Below the pieces are notes generated by a model, which saw only the letters and a list, made by a program, of their open reading frames with translations, did no database searches and had not been told where the DNA came from. This document shows, one piece after another, positions 28,849-37,853 of a stretch of 63,009 bases of DNA. The position numbers were made by a program, and so were the translations under genes. Source of the stretch: Verrucomicrobia subdivision 6 bacterium (lineage in GTDB: Bacteria; Verrucomicrobiota; Verrucomicrobiia; Methylacidiphilales; Verrucolacustridaceae); NCBI GenBank assembly GCA_947441075.1, contig CANESK010000001.1:1-63009 (forward strand). The letters are read 5' to 3'. Each line of letters begins with the position of its first letter. The first letter of the stretch is position 1.

Positions 28849-29514
28849 TTAGGATTGGATGCGACCATCGACGAGTTGGATTTGGCGATCGGCGGTGGCG
28901 GCAACCGATTGGCTGTGGGTGACGAGGAGGACGGTGGTTTTCTCTTTGCGAGCGAGGCGAGTGATGAGTTCGATGACGGCGTTACTGGAGGCGGAGTCGA
29001 GATTGCCGGTGGGTTCGTCGGCGAGAAGAATAGAAGGTTGGTGGATGAGGGCGCGGGCGATGGCGGCTCGTTGAAGTTGTCCGCCGGAGAGTTGGTGGGG
29101 GCGGTGGTGGGAGCGATCGGCGAGCTGGACGGAGGTGAGGAGGTCGTGGGCACGGGCACGGGCGAGGGGATTGACCCGACCTGAGAGGAGTAGGGGAAGA
29201 AGGACGTTTTCTTCAACAGTGAGTGTGGGGAGGAGGTGGAAGAATTGAAAAACAAAGCCGATTTTTAAGCGGCGGAGGGCGGTGAGTTTATCGTCGTTAA
29301 GGGAGTGAAGGGGATGACCTTCGAGGTAGACCTGACCTGAGGTAGGGGTATCGAGGGCGCCGAGAAGATGGAGAAGAGTACTTTTGCCGCAACCGCTGGG
29401 ACCGGTGATGGCGACGATTTCTCCTGCGAGGATTTTGAGAGTGATCCCGCGGAGTGCATCGACCCGAGCTTCGCCGGCTTGATACGACTTATGGAGATCA
29501 CGAGTTTCGAGCAT
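28849..29514 (-). CDS. ABC transporter ATP-binding protein (LolD/AttE-like)
   Basis: GPSGCGKST, LSGGQLQR and LLADEPTGNLD. Confidence 0.95.
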   Translation of the reverse strand: MLETRDLHKSYQAGEARVDALRGITLKILAGEIVAITGPSGCGKSTLLHLLGALDTPTSGQVYLEGHPLHSLNDDKLTALRRLKIGFVFQFFHLLPTLTVEENVLLPLLLSGRVNPLARARAHDLLTSVQLADRSHHRPHQLSGGQLQRAAIARALIHQPSILLADEPTGNLDSASSNAVIELITRLARKEKTTVLLVTHSQSVAATADRQIQLVDGRIQS

Positions 29515-29696
29515 GGGAAGAGTGGGTTTAGGATTTGTTAATAACTTGTTGAGAAAGGACGAATCAGACTCGAATTAGAACTTTATACCATTTCTAATCA
29601 GTAGGTTAGAGAATTTGCCCCCATCTGTTAACAAGTTACTGGAGCGGGACAGGGTAAGCTGGTTACGGGGGGAGGCAAGGGGCTGCCCGAAAATAC

Positions 29697-30413
29697 TTAA
29701 AAAGCGTAGGTGGCGGAGAGGACTGGGCCGATGGCATCGAGGCCGACGTTTTGGGACCCTGGTTCAGAGAGGCCGCCGTTGGAGATATGTTGGTACATAA
29801 CGCCGAGGTTGATGGCGAACTTTTCCACGATGGGGAATCTGGCGCCGATTCCGATGGTAAAACTGAAGCAGAAGTCTTGGCCTTGGGAGTAGGAGGCGCC
29901 GGTGGCGTTGGTGAACATAAAGCCGACGCGGGATTCGAGGTAGGGAACCACGGGCCAGCCTTCTTGGATAAAGTTGTAGCGTGGGCCAAAGAGGCCGCCT
30001 GCGAACCATGGATTGGGTCCTTGGACAACCGGCCCGAACATGCCGCTAAAGAGAAATTCGGTATTACCACGGTTCCAACCTTCGTTGCTGATCTCATCGA
30101 GTTGCCATCCGATGGTGATGAGTTGGGGAAGATAAATATAATCGTTGGGATTATTGATGGAGCAGAGGCCAGCGGTTTCCGCAGAAAGAGTGACGATATC
30201 TTCTCCGAAAAGAGACGAGGTTATTGGGTCGGAAGAAGTGAGAGAAGGTGAGGCCGAAGAAGAGTTGGGCGATGGGGCGCTAGAGGTAGAGGTGACTTCC
30301 GTTTCTGCATAAGTGAGAGGCAGAAAAGAGAGGAAAGCGGCTAGGCAAAAGGCTTGAAAGAGGTTCTTGGCCTTCTCTAAGGTGTTCTCTGGTAGGTGAT
30401 GGTTGGTTTGCAT
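29697..30413 (-). CDS. Outer-membrane acyloxyacyl hydrolase (PagL-like lipid A deacylase)
   Basis: Signal peptide, beta-barrel pattern, catalytic YQHISNG and terminal Phe. Confidence 0.8.
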   Translation of the reverse strand: MQTNHHLPENTLEKAKNLFQAFCLAAFLSFLPLTYAETEVTSTSSAPSPNSSSASPSLTSSDPITSSLFGEDIVTLSAETAGLCSINNPNDYIYLPQLITIGWQLDEISNEGWNRGNTEFLFSGMFGPVVQGPNPWFAGGLFGPRYNFIQEGWPVVPYLESRVGFMFTNATGASYSQGQDFCFSFTIGIGARFPIVEKFAINLGVMYQHISNGGLSEPGSQNVGLDAIGPVLSATYAF

Positions 30414-30490
30414 GTTACGAATCCAGAAATTCTTTTAGAGCCGAATTTTTAGTTTGGGAAGTCCTTTTTATCGTTATATACTAAAAAACT

Positions 30491-31444
30491 ATGAAGAAGA
30501 TATGGATTACTGGCGGGGCTGGTTTTATAGGATCGAATCTTGTTATGCAGTTACAAGAGGAGTATCCACTTGCTGATCTGACAGTTATGGATGATTTACG
30601 CAGTGGATCATTCTTGAATTTGGAGGGATTTCGGGGGGATTTTGTGGCGGCAGACCTGTCTCGGTTGGACTGGGAGGGGCAGTTTAAGGGCGAGAGGCCT
30701 GAGGCGATGTTCCATTTGGGGTCGATCACCGACACTACCTTGCAGGATCAAAAGATTCAGACCCATGATAACGTGGAGAGTTTCCGGCGGCTTTTGGAGT
30801 ATTTAAGGCCTGAAAAAACGCCGGTGGTATACGCTTCGAGTGCGGCAACCTACGGGATTCGGGCGGGGGTGAATCGGGTGGGAGATCCGCTGGCTCCTGC
30901 CAATGCCTATGCTTTTTCCAAGGTGCAGTTGGAGAATTTGGCAAAAAAAATGCAAGGGGAGGAACCTTCCTGGAAGATTGCCGGGCTACGCTATTTTAAT
31001 GTCTATGGTCCCCGGGAGGGACATAAGGGGGTGCCGGCGAGTATGGCCTGGCATTTGGCGGGGCAGATGCTGATGGGAAAGCGGCCACGGGTTTTCACGG
31101 CGGGTGAGCAAAAGAGGGATTTTGTTTATGTGAAGGACATTGTCGCTTTCACCTTGGCGGCGATGAAAGCGGGTAAAAGCGGGGTCTGGAATGCGGGATC
31201 GGGGCAACCGCGCAGTTTTAATGAGATGGTGGAAGGATTGAATGGAGTTTTGGGAACGAAGCTGCAGCCAGAGTATTTTGAGTGTCCCTATCCTTTTTAT
31301 CAGCCTCACACGGAAGCAGACATGTCGGCGACGGAGCGGGATTTGAAAATAAAGCCGAAGTTTAGTTTGGAGCAGGGGCTGGCGGATTACGAGAAGTCGG
31401 GTTGGTTGACTCGGGGGCGGGTTTCGGTGAAACCGACGAAATAG
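30491..31444 (+). CDS. hldD: ADP-L-glycero-D-manno-heptose 6-epimerase
   Basis: GGAGFIGSN, YASSAATYG, YAFSK, RYFNVYGPREGHKG..ASM and YQ.HTEAD. Confidence 0.85.
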   Translation: MKKIWITGGAGFIGSNLVMQLQEEYPLADLTVMDDLRSGSFLNLEGFRGDFVAADLSRLDWEGQFKGERPEAMFHLGSITDTTLQDQKIQTHDNVESFRRLLEYLRPEKTPVVYASSAATYGIRAGVNRVGDPLAPANAYAFSKVQLENLAKKMQGEEPSWKIAGLRYFNVYGPREGHKGVPASMAWHLAGQMLMGKRPRVFTAGEQKRDFVYVKDIVAFTLAAMKAGKSGVWNAGSGQPRSFNEMVEGLNGVLGTKLQPEYFECPYPFYQPHTEADMSATERDLKIKPKFSLEQGLADYEKSGWLTRGRVSVKPTK

Positions 31445-31447
31445 GGT

Positions 31448-32347
31448 TTAGGCGGGTGGGGTGGTGCAAGGGCGAATGGAGACATCGGCGCCGGGAATTT
31501 TGGATTCGAGATCTTGGCGGATGGCGTCGATACGTTTTTGGACTTCACCCATGAGAAGGAGAGGATCGAATTCGAGAAAAATTTCCACATAGAGACGTGG
31601 ACCGGAGCGGCGTGCACGGATTTTGTGGAGGCGCTCGTAGTCATCGAGACGGAGGACGAGCTGACGTAAAATTCTGAGCTGGGTGGTTTCTTCGACTGTG
31701 GCATCGAGTAGGTCGCCGACAGAGGAAGAGGCCATGGACCAAGCGGCGTGGACCATGAAGAGGACTCCGAGCAAAGAAGCGAGGGGATCGAGGTACCAAC
31801 TCCAGGTTTCGGAGCGAAAGAGATAGGCGACGAGCAGGGCGCTACCCATAAGGGCATCGAAACTGGCTTTTGAAAACCAGAGACGAGATTGAGAACTCAT
31901 AATGGCAGAGGGTTGCTGGCGATGAAAGTTGCGGGTGCGGAACCAGATGGCGTAGCCAAAGACGGTGTAGAGAGCGAAGAGGAAAATACCAGGGAGGGTG
32001 CCTTGTGCCATGCGAGGTTCGTGAAGGTGGTGAGCGGCTTGAAAAGTGATGAAAAAGGCGGAAGCGATTATGACGAGGCCAAGAAAAAGAGAGACAAGAT
32101 TTTCCAGTTTTCCAATACCGTAGGCGAAATGGTGGTCGGGAGAGCGGCGAACGGCGCGGAGAGTGAGAAAGGCGGCGAGAACGCAGAGGGTATCGGCGAA
32201 CTCTTTCAGAAGATCGCCCAAGATGGTGATGGAAGTGGAGTGGAGTGCGACGCTTCCCATGAGGATGAGGTCGACTAGGCAAAAGAGGAGGGCAAACTGA
32301 AGGCTACGTTCGCGAGTTCCGGGAGAGGAGGAGGAAGTGGGAACCAT
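31448..32347 (-). CDS. Cation diffusion facilitator family transporter
   Basis: Six TMs, YGIGKLENL, DPLAS and C-terminal IRARRSG domain. Start taken at ATG 32347. Confidence 0.85.
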   Translation of the reverse strand: MVPTSSSSPGTRERSLQFALLFCLVDLILMGSVALHSTSITILGDLLKEFADTLCVLAAFLTLRAVRRSPDHHFAYGIGKLENLVSLFLGLVIIASAFFITFQAAHHLHEPRMAQGTLPGIFLFALYTVFGYAIWFRTRNFHRQQPSAIMSSQSRLWFSKASFDALMGSALLVAYLFRSETWSWYLDPLASLLGVLFMVHAAWSMASSSVGDLLDATVEETTQLRILRQLVLRLDDYERLHKIRARRSGPRLYVEIFLEFDPLLLMGEVQKRIDAIRQDLESKIPGADVSIRPCTTPPA

Positions 32348-32393
32348 GGGTGGGGGCTGGTGATCAAAGGGGAAGTAAGGTAAGAAGGTAAAG

Positions 32394-32876
32394 ATGAAAA
32401 TGGGTGCAGCGGCGTGGAAAAAGCTTTTTCCGAAGATGAAGAGCAGGCTTTTTCGCAAAGAAGAAGTCTTGGTGGCGGAGGGCGGATCGGCGCGGGAGCT
32501 CTTGGTCATTTTGTCGGGGAAAGCTCGGGTGGAGAAAAGAATTCGGGGGAGGGACCCGTTGGTTCTGGCTCATTTGGGGGCGGGAGAAATTATTGGAGAG
32601 CTCTCGATTTTGACGGGGCGGCGGCGCTCGGCGACGGTGGTAGCGGAGGGGAAGGTGACGGCTCTAATTGTGCCCGCGGTGTGGGTGAAATCCTTTTTGG
32701 CAGGGGGTCGTGGGGCGAGAGGGAAGTTTCAGCGACAGATGATGGAGTCGCTCGCTCGGAGGTTGGTGCGATTACTGGAGCGTCTGCCGATGTATCAGGG
32801 AGTTTCGGGTGAACCACGCACGGCGAGCAGCCTGCACAGAGCGTTAGAAAAAATGTATGCCGGTTGGGCGGTGTAG
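32394..32876 (+). CDS. Stand-alone cyclic-nucleotide-binding domain protein
   Basis: ILSGKARV, GEIIGELSIL...RRSATV phosphate-binding cassette; no HTH. Confidence 0.85.
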   Translation: MKMGAAAWKKLFPKMKSRLFRKEEVLVAEGGSARELLVILSGKARVEKRIRGRDPLVLAHLGAGEIIGELSILTGRRRSATVVAEGKVTALIVPAVWVKSFLAGGRGARGKFQRQMMESLARRLVRLLERLPMYQGVSGEPRTASSLHRALEKMYAGWAV

Positions 32877-32958
32877 GTGAACTCACTAACAAAATAAAGG
32901 GGTCTTGTTTGTTGGGATAATAATTGTGTAAAAATCTTACTCTGCATATACTAATAGG

Positions 32959-33528
32959 ATGCCTAAGGCATCGTTATTATGCACTGCTGTTTTAGGCTTT
33001 ATCGCCTCCCAATTAATTGCTGCGGATTTGCAGAAGCGGATCACAATAGAATCAAAAATAAGTGTAAAACAATCCGATGCAAATATCTCAATCAATGATA
33101 TTCGACAAAATATCTCTGGTTATTTCTTATTGCAAGACGGTGGCTCGATTTATGATGAAGCCATTGGCAAGCTCGTGGGACACTACTGGATTATTGGAAA
33201 ATCTGCTGGGGGTTGGACAACTTCAGGAAGTGGCGAATTCGTAGTATTTCAGGATTCGGACTGGGCGTGTGAAATGTCGAATCAAGCCAAGGTGCATGTG
33301 GAGATCGCTTCGACCCAAACCTGCTACGATAAAATGGGTTCGGGAAAATTTGGTTATGAATATTACGGCTATTTAATTACCGTTCAGGGAGCGGACGGTG
33401 CTCTTATTTTAGTAAAGTCCAGTCGTAAGGAATTTGAAAAAGCGGCCGCAGGTTTTGAGAAATTAAAGGCAAATGCAAGTTTCAATAAAGATCTTGTCCC
33501 GAAAGGGAAAGTCAGCTGGTTGCAGTAG
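32959..33528 (+). CDS. Hypothetical secreted protein
   Basis: 189 aa with signal-peptide-like N-terminus; AT-richer than neighbours; own TATACT -10. Confidence 0.7.
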   Translation: MPKASLLCTAVLGFIASQLIAADLQKRITIESKISVKQSDANISINDIRQNISGYFLLQDGGSIYDEAIGKLVGHYWIIGKSAGGWTTSGSGEFVVFQDSDWACEMSNQAKVHVEIASTQTCYDKMGSGKFGYEYYGYLITVQGADGALILVKSSRKEFEKAAAGFEKLKANASFNKDLVPKGKVSWLQ

Positions 33529-33584
33529 TTCTTTTTCACGTAGCGCGGATCTTGGCGCTATGGCCTAGAGATGTAATTTAGGGG

Positions 33585-34616
33585 ATGGCGACGCGTATGA
33601 TGGACCGAGAGGTAGGAAAGGCTTCCTCGCAGGCAGAGCAGGATCCGATGGAAAGGATGAGCAGGGCTATGCTGCGAGCTCGTGTTTTAGAGGATAAGCT
33701 GGCGAGTTTATATCGGGCGGGGCGAATTGTGGGCGGGGTTTATTTGGGGAGGGGGCAGGAGGGGTTGAGTGCGGCGGGTGGGGTGGCTTTACGGAAAGGG
33801 GATGTGCTGGCCCCGTTGATTCGGGACATGGCAGGGCGATTAGGATTTGGTGAGCCACTGGTGGATGCGGTCCGGGCTTATTTGGGGTCGAAGTTAGGAC
33901 CGATGAAGGGGCGGGATGGGAATATTCATCGAGGCGATCTTTCGCGGGGGATTCTGCCGATGATCAGTCATTTAGGGGCGATGGTTTCTGCGACGGCAGG
34001 AGTTTTGTTGGCGAAGCGGATGAAAAAAGAGAAGGGATTTGTTGGGCTGACCTCGGCAGGAGATGGAGCAACCTCCACGGGATCATTTCATGAGGGGTTG
34101 AATGTGGCGGCAGTGGAGAAACTTCCGTTGGTGGTGGTGGTGGCGGATAATGGGTATGCGTATTCGACTCCGAATGATCGGCAGTTTGCCTGTACCGATT
34201 TGCTGGATCGGGCCAAGGGGTATGGGGTGGAGGGGCATGGAGTGGATGGGACCGATCCCGAGGCGTGTTGGGAAGTGGTGGGGCGAGCGGTGCAGCGGGC
34301 GAGAGAGGGAGCGGGACCGCAGTTGGTGGTGGGCCGGCTGTTGCGTTTATGCGGTCACGGAGAACATGATGATGGTCTTTATATCGATAAAAAAATGAAA
34401 AGTTCCGATCGAGGGCGGGACTGCATGGAGGTTTTGCGAGATCAAATGAAAGCCCGCGGGTTGGGGCAAAATTGGGATCGGTGGGAGAAGGAGGCGCAGG
34501 AGGAGGTGGAGGGCGCGGTGAAAAAAGTGGCGGAGGAGCCTTTGCCCGATCCATTTGAGGAAGATTGGCGTGCGACGGCCATGGTGGGAGCAGCGGAGGC
34601 TGTGCAGAAGGGATGA
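33585..34616 (+). CDS. TPP-dependent 2-oxoacid dehydrogenase E1 alpha (second copy; branched-chain/acetoin type)
   Basis: GQEG, GDGATSTGSFHEGLN, DNGYAYST and RLCGHGEHD. Confidence 0.88.
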   Translation: MATRMMDREVGKASSQAEQDPMERMSRAMLRARVLEDKLASLYRAGRIVGGVYLGRGQEGLSAAGGVALRKGDVLAPLIRDMAGRLGFGEPLVDAVRAYLGSKLGPMKGRDGNIHRGDLSRGILPMISHLGAMVSATAGVLLAKRMKKEKGFVGLTSAGDGATSTGSFHEGLNVAAVEKLPLVVVVADNGYAYSTPNDRQFACTDLLDRAKGYGVEGHGVDGTDPEACWEVVGRAVQRAREGAGPQLVVGRLLRLCGHGEHDDGLYIDKKMKSSDRGRDCMEVLRDQMKARGLGQNWDRWEKEAQEEVEGAVKKVAEEPLPDPFEEDWRATAMVGAAEAVQKG

Positions 34617-35578
34617 GTGTGACTTATTTGGATGCGATTCGAGCGGCGCAGGAGAAAGCTTTACAGAATGATCCATCAGTTTTTATTTACGGGCAAGATG
34701 TGGGCAAGTTTGGGGGGGCTTTTAAGGCGACAAAAAATCTAGCGGAAAAGTTTCCTGGAAGAGTGATCGACTCTCCGATTTCGGAGGATGCGATGGTGGG
34801 ATTAGCGGTGGGCGCGGCGATGGAGGGGATGAGGCCGGTGGTGGAGATGCAGTTTGCGGATTTCTCCACGGTGGGACTCAATCAAATGCTGAATCATGCG
34901 GCGACGACCTATTGGCGGACGGGGAAGCCGTGTCCGATGGTTTTGCGCTTACCCTCGGGAGGAACGCCGGGGAGTGGTCCGTTTCATAGTCAATCGATGG
35001 AGGCGATCTACGCACACTATCCTGGTTTGGTGGTAATGACTCCTGCAACGGTGGAGGATGCTTACAGCATGTTGTTGGAGGCGATTGCCATGCCTGATCC
35101 GGTAGTTTTTTGTGAGCACAAACTTCTCTATTATCATTTAAAGGCGAAGAGTCTGCCTGCGGAAGCGGTCCCAGCGTTCAAAGCCCATGTGGCCCGACCG
35201 GGGAGGGATGTGACCTGCGTGGCTTATAGCGCGATGGTGCATGAAGCGTTGGCGGCAGCGGAGGAGTTGGCGGGGGAGGGGTATGAAGCTGAGGTGGTCG
35301 ATCTGCGGACGGTGAAGCCACTGGATACGGATACGATTTTGGCGAGCGTGGCGCGAACGGGTCGATTGCTGGCGGTGGGCGAGTCGTGGCCTTGGGGCGG
35401 GGTTTCGGCGGAGGTGGTGTCTCGGGTGGCGTCGGAGGGTTTTGAACTGCTGGATGCGCCCCCGAGGCGGTTAAATGCTAAGGACACGCCGATTCCCTAT
35501 CATCCGAATTTATGGTCGGCGCATCGGCCGACGGCAGTGCGAATTGCGGAGGCCCTACGGGAGGTCTTGCGGTATTAG
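34613..35578 (+). CDS. 2-oxoacid dehydrogenase E1 beta (second copy)
   Basis: GQDVGKFGGAFKAT, DSPISED, EMQFADF and GPFHSQS; ATGA overlap with the alpha subunit. Confidence 0.9.
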   Translation: MSVTYLDAIRAAQEKALQNDPSVFIYGQDVGKFGGAFKATKNLAEKFPGRVIDSPISEDAMVGLAVGAAMEGMRPVVEMQFADFSTVGLNQMLNHAATTYWRTGKPCPMVLRLPSGGTPGSGPFHSQSMEAIYAHYPGLVVMTPATVEDAYSMLLEAIAMPDPVVFCEHKLLYYHLKAKSLPAEAVPAFKAHVARPGRDVTCVAYSAMVHEALAAAEELAGEGYEAEVVDLRTVKPLDTDTILASVARTGRLLAVGESWPWGGVSAEVVSRVASEGFELLDAPPRRLNAKDTPIPYHPNLWSAHRPTAVRIAEALREVLRY

Positions 35579-35680
35579 ATTGGGGTAAAACTAGGTTTTG
35601 CGGGTCGGGTCATGCGGCGTGGGGATACGTTTATTTTCAAAAGACCGCAACTTTCGGTCTTAGGGGCAGTTTAATCTAGT

Positions 35681-36619
35681 ATGAAAAAAGTGATTCTCGG
35701 TTTGGGGTTGGGGCTTTGGTCGTGGGTAGGGATGGGTGCCTTGCCCTTAGCGGAACCGATCTTGGGCAAGCCGACTCTGCTAATTCCGAAGAAAGCTTCT
35801 CTCTTAGAGTCTCTGCCGGGACACTGGGTCGCATGGAATTTACAGTGGTTTCCTGGACAAGTTCCCTATACGAAGGCGGGGCCGCGGAAGCTTCATGAAG
35901 AAGCGGTACGGGCGACTTTAGGTAAGATCGCGCCCCAAGTGGCGCTCTTGCAGGAGGTGGTAGATGGGAACGCGTTGAGGCGAGTGATGCCCGATTATCG
36001 ATGGCAGGCGGTTTCGAACTTTCAAAGGGCAAAAGACGAGGAGGTGAAGTTGCCTCCGCAAAATGTTGCGATTGTGAGTCAGGTCCCTTGGAAGGAGGTA
36101 TGGGAGGTAGATTTTCATGGATTGCCGATTACGCCTGATCGGCCAGTGCGGGGATTTTTGGGAGCGCTGTTTGTCGATAAAAAAGGGAATCGTCTGACCG
36201 CTTATGTGGTGCACTTAAAAAGCAATCGAGGGGGACGAGATGCGTCGAGTGTAAGACGTGAGCGGGCGATCGACTATCTGCGCTGGGATTGGCGCAGGCG
36301 GGGCTTAAATCCGCAGAATGAGGCTATGCTCTTGGCGGGAGATTTTAACTGTTCTTTGCGAAATCCAGATTTCACAGAGGACACCGTACGGAAGCTACTT
36401 CGGGAGGGATGGAAGGCGGCGGAAGAGAAGTTGCCTTGGCCTGCGGTGGCAACGGTGAAGCCCGATCTAGCGGGGCGCTATGCGGTGGCAGATTTTGATC
36501 ATATTTTACTTTCGCCAGGTTGGGTGAAAAAAAACGGGGCAGGCGAAATGGAAGTCGGGGTATGGCGGAAAGGGGAGGTACCGAGTGATCACTTCCCGTT
36601 GGAGATGAGGTTAAAGTAA
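35681..36619 (+). CDS. Secreted endonuclease/exonuclease/phosphatase (EEP) family protein
   Basis: WNLQWF, LQEV, GDFN, DHIL and SDHFP motifs; N-terminal signal/TM. Confidence 0.88.
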   Translation: MKKVILGLGLGLWSWVGMGALPLAEPILGKPTLLIPKKASLLESLPGHWVAWNLQWFPGQVPYTKAGPRKLHEEAVRATLGKIAPQVALLQEVVDGNALRRVMPDYRWQAVSNFQRAKDEEVKLPPQNVAIVSQVPWKEVWEVDFHGLPITPDRPVRGFLGALFVDKKGNRLTAYVVHLKSNRGGRDASSVRRERAIDYLRWDWRRRGLNPQNEAMLLAGDFNCSLRNPDFTEDTVRKLLREGWKAAEEKLPWPAVATVKPDLAGRYAVADFDHILLSPGWVKKNGAGEMEVGVWRKGEVPSDHFPLEMRLK

Positions 36620-36621
36620 GG

Positions 36622-37542
36622 CTAGGGAACTACCTCGACAGGGACTCCTGGGCGAACGGCATTGACCAGTTTAGTGGCGTTCCAGTTGGCCAAGCGAAAA
36701 CAGCCATGGGAACCGGTGCGGGAGATATCCTCGGGCTCAGGAGTTCCGTGAATGCCGTAGCCTTGGAGGGAGAGTCCGATCCAAGCGGTGCCAACGGGGT
36801 TATTGGGCCCAGGAGGGAGGACTAGCTTATTGGTGATGCCCTCTTTGGTGGCGACATCGATAAGAACTTTGGGATCGAAGGTGTAATCGGGGTTGGGGGC
36901 GATATTGATTACGGTGAGAGCTTGGTTAGGGACCTTATTTTTATTTGCGGCGATTGAGCAGGGGAAGCAAGCGACGGCTTTATTGCTGGCATCAAACGCC
37001 AGGAGAGTCGTTTCGGAAAGCAGGATGACGATGCGAGAGACAGGGGGAAGTTTGCGAGTTCCTTCGAGGTTGGGGAGAGTGAGTTGAGTGCCAGCGATCA
37101 GATTGGTGATGGAGGGGTTAATTTCTTTGATGAAAAATGGGGTGGAGTGGGTTTTCTCGGCAAGCATTTCCCAAGGATCGTGGTAGTCGAGGACAGGCAC
37201 TTTACTCATGGCGAGAAAGCCTTTGGGTTTTGGAATAACGTGGCTTAGGTCCTCGGCGGTCAAAGTATAATCGGTGTAGGCATCGCCAGGTTTTCCTAAG
37301 TTGAGTCGAGTTTCGATATCGAGTTCGCCGGTGGTGGCGAGGGACCGATTGATTTGGAACTGAGTGATAGCGCGGCGGCTACGCTTGGCGAAATGGCCGT
37401 CGATGGTTCCGCAGGAAAAATTTAATCGGTCGAGCAGAGCCTGCCATCCGGCCATTTCAATTACATCGCGGGGTTTTTCGGTAGGAATGGATTCTGCCCG
37501 TCGAACTTCTTTGCCCATGGGAGGTTTGGGTGGACCAACCAT
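36622..37542 (-). CDS. L,D-transpeptidase (YkuD) with peptidoglycan-binding domain; C-terminal part of a frameshifted gene
   Basis: IDGHF...AITQFQ..L..TGELD (PG-binding), PPGPNNPVG, YGIHGTPEP and SHGCFRL. Confidence 0.9.
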   Translation of the reverse strand: MVGPPKPPMGKEVRRAESIPTEKPRDVIEMAGWQALLDRLNFSCGTIDGHFAKRSRRAITQFQINRSLATTGELDIETRLNLGKPGDAYTDYTLTAEDLSHVIPKPKGFLAMSKVPVLDYHDPWEMLAEKTHSTPFFIKEINPSITNLIAGTQLTLPNLEGTRKLPPVSRIVILLSETTLLAFDASNKAVACFPCSIAANKNKVPNQALTVINIAPNPDYTFDPKVLIDVATKEGITNKLVLPPGPNNPVGTAWIGLSLQGYGIHGTPEPEDISRTGSHGCFRLANWNATKLVNAVRPGVPVEVVP

Positions 37543-37604
37543 AGGGGGGAGGGGAAGGGGTTTTTGGGTGGTGGGGACGGGAAGGAGTGCGGGGGGGGGT
37601 GGGG

Positions 37605-37847
37605 TTAGGGCTGGGATGAGTTCACTTTTTTTTTATCTGGGCTGGGGATTGTCTCGGGGCCAGAAAAAACTTCTGCTCCCGGGTATTTTTTGGCGAGGTC
37701 CTCCGCTCTCTGGGCGGGAGGTTTGGGTTGGGACTGAGGGAGATAAAAAAGGCCGCGATCCCGAAGAAAAAGGAGAGCGCCGGTGAGGATGAGGCCGCCG
37801 ACAACGAGTCCTACGAAAAGATTTCCCGAAGTGCGTCGGCGAGCCAT
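37605..37847 (-). CDS. N-terminal membrane anchor of the L,D-transpeptidase (separated by a frameshift)
   Basis: Basic N-terminus plus one TM helix. It joins the LDT frame at the A9 run (T9 at 37626-37634 on +). Confidence 0.7.
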   Translation of the reverse strand: MARRRTSGNLFVGLVVGGLILTGALLFLRDRGLFYLPQSQPKPPAQRAEDLAKKYPGAEVFSGPETIPSPDKKKVNSSQP

Positions 37848-37853
37848 GGTGAT

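Noticed and set aside
35641-35661. aagaccg/cggtctt hairpin as a terminator
   Set aside because: 7-bp stem with a weak U-tract that overlaps the next promoter region; function cannot be assigned.
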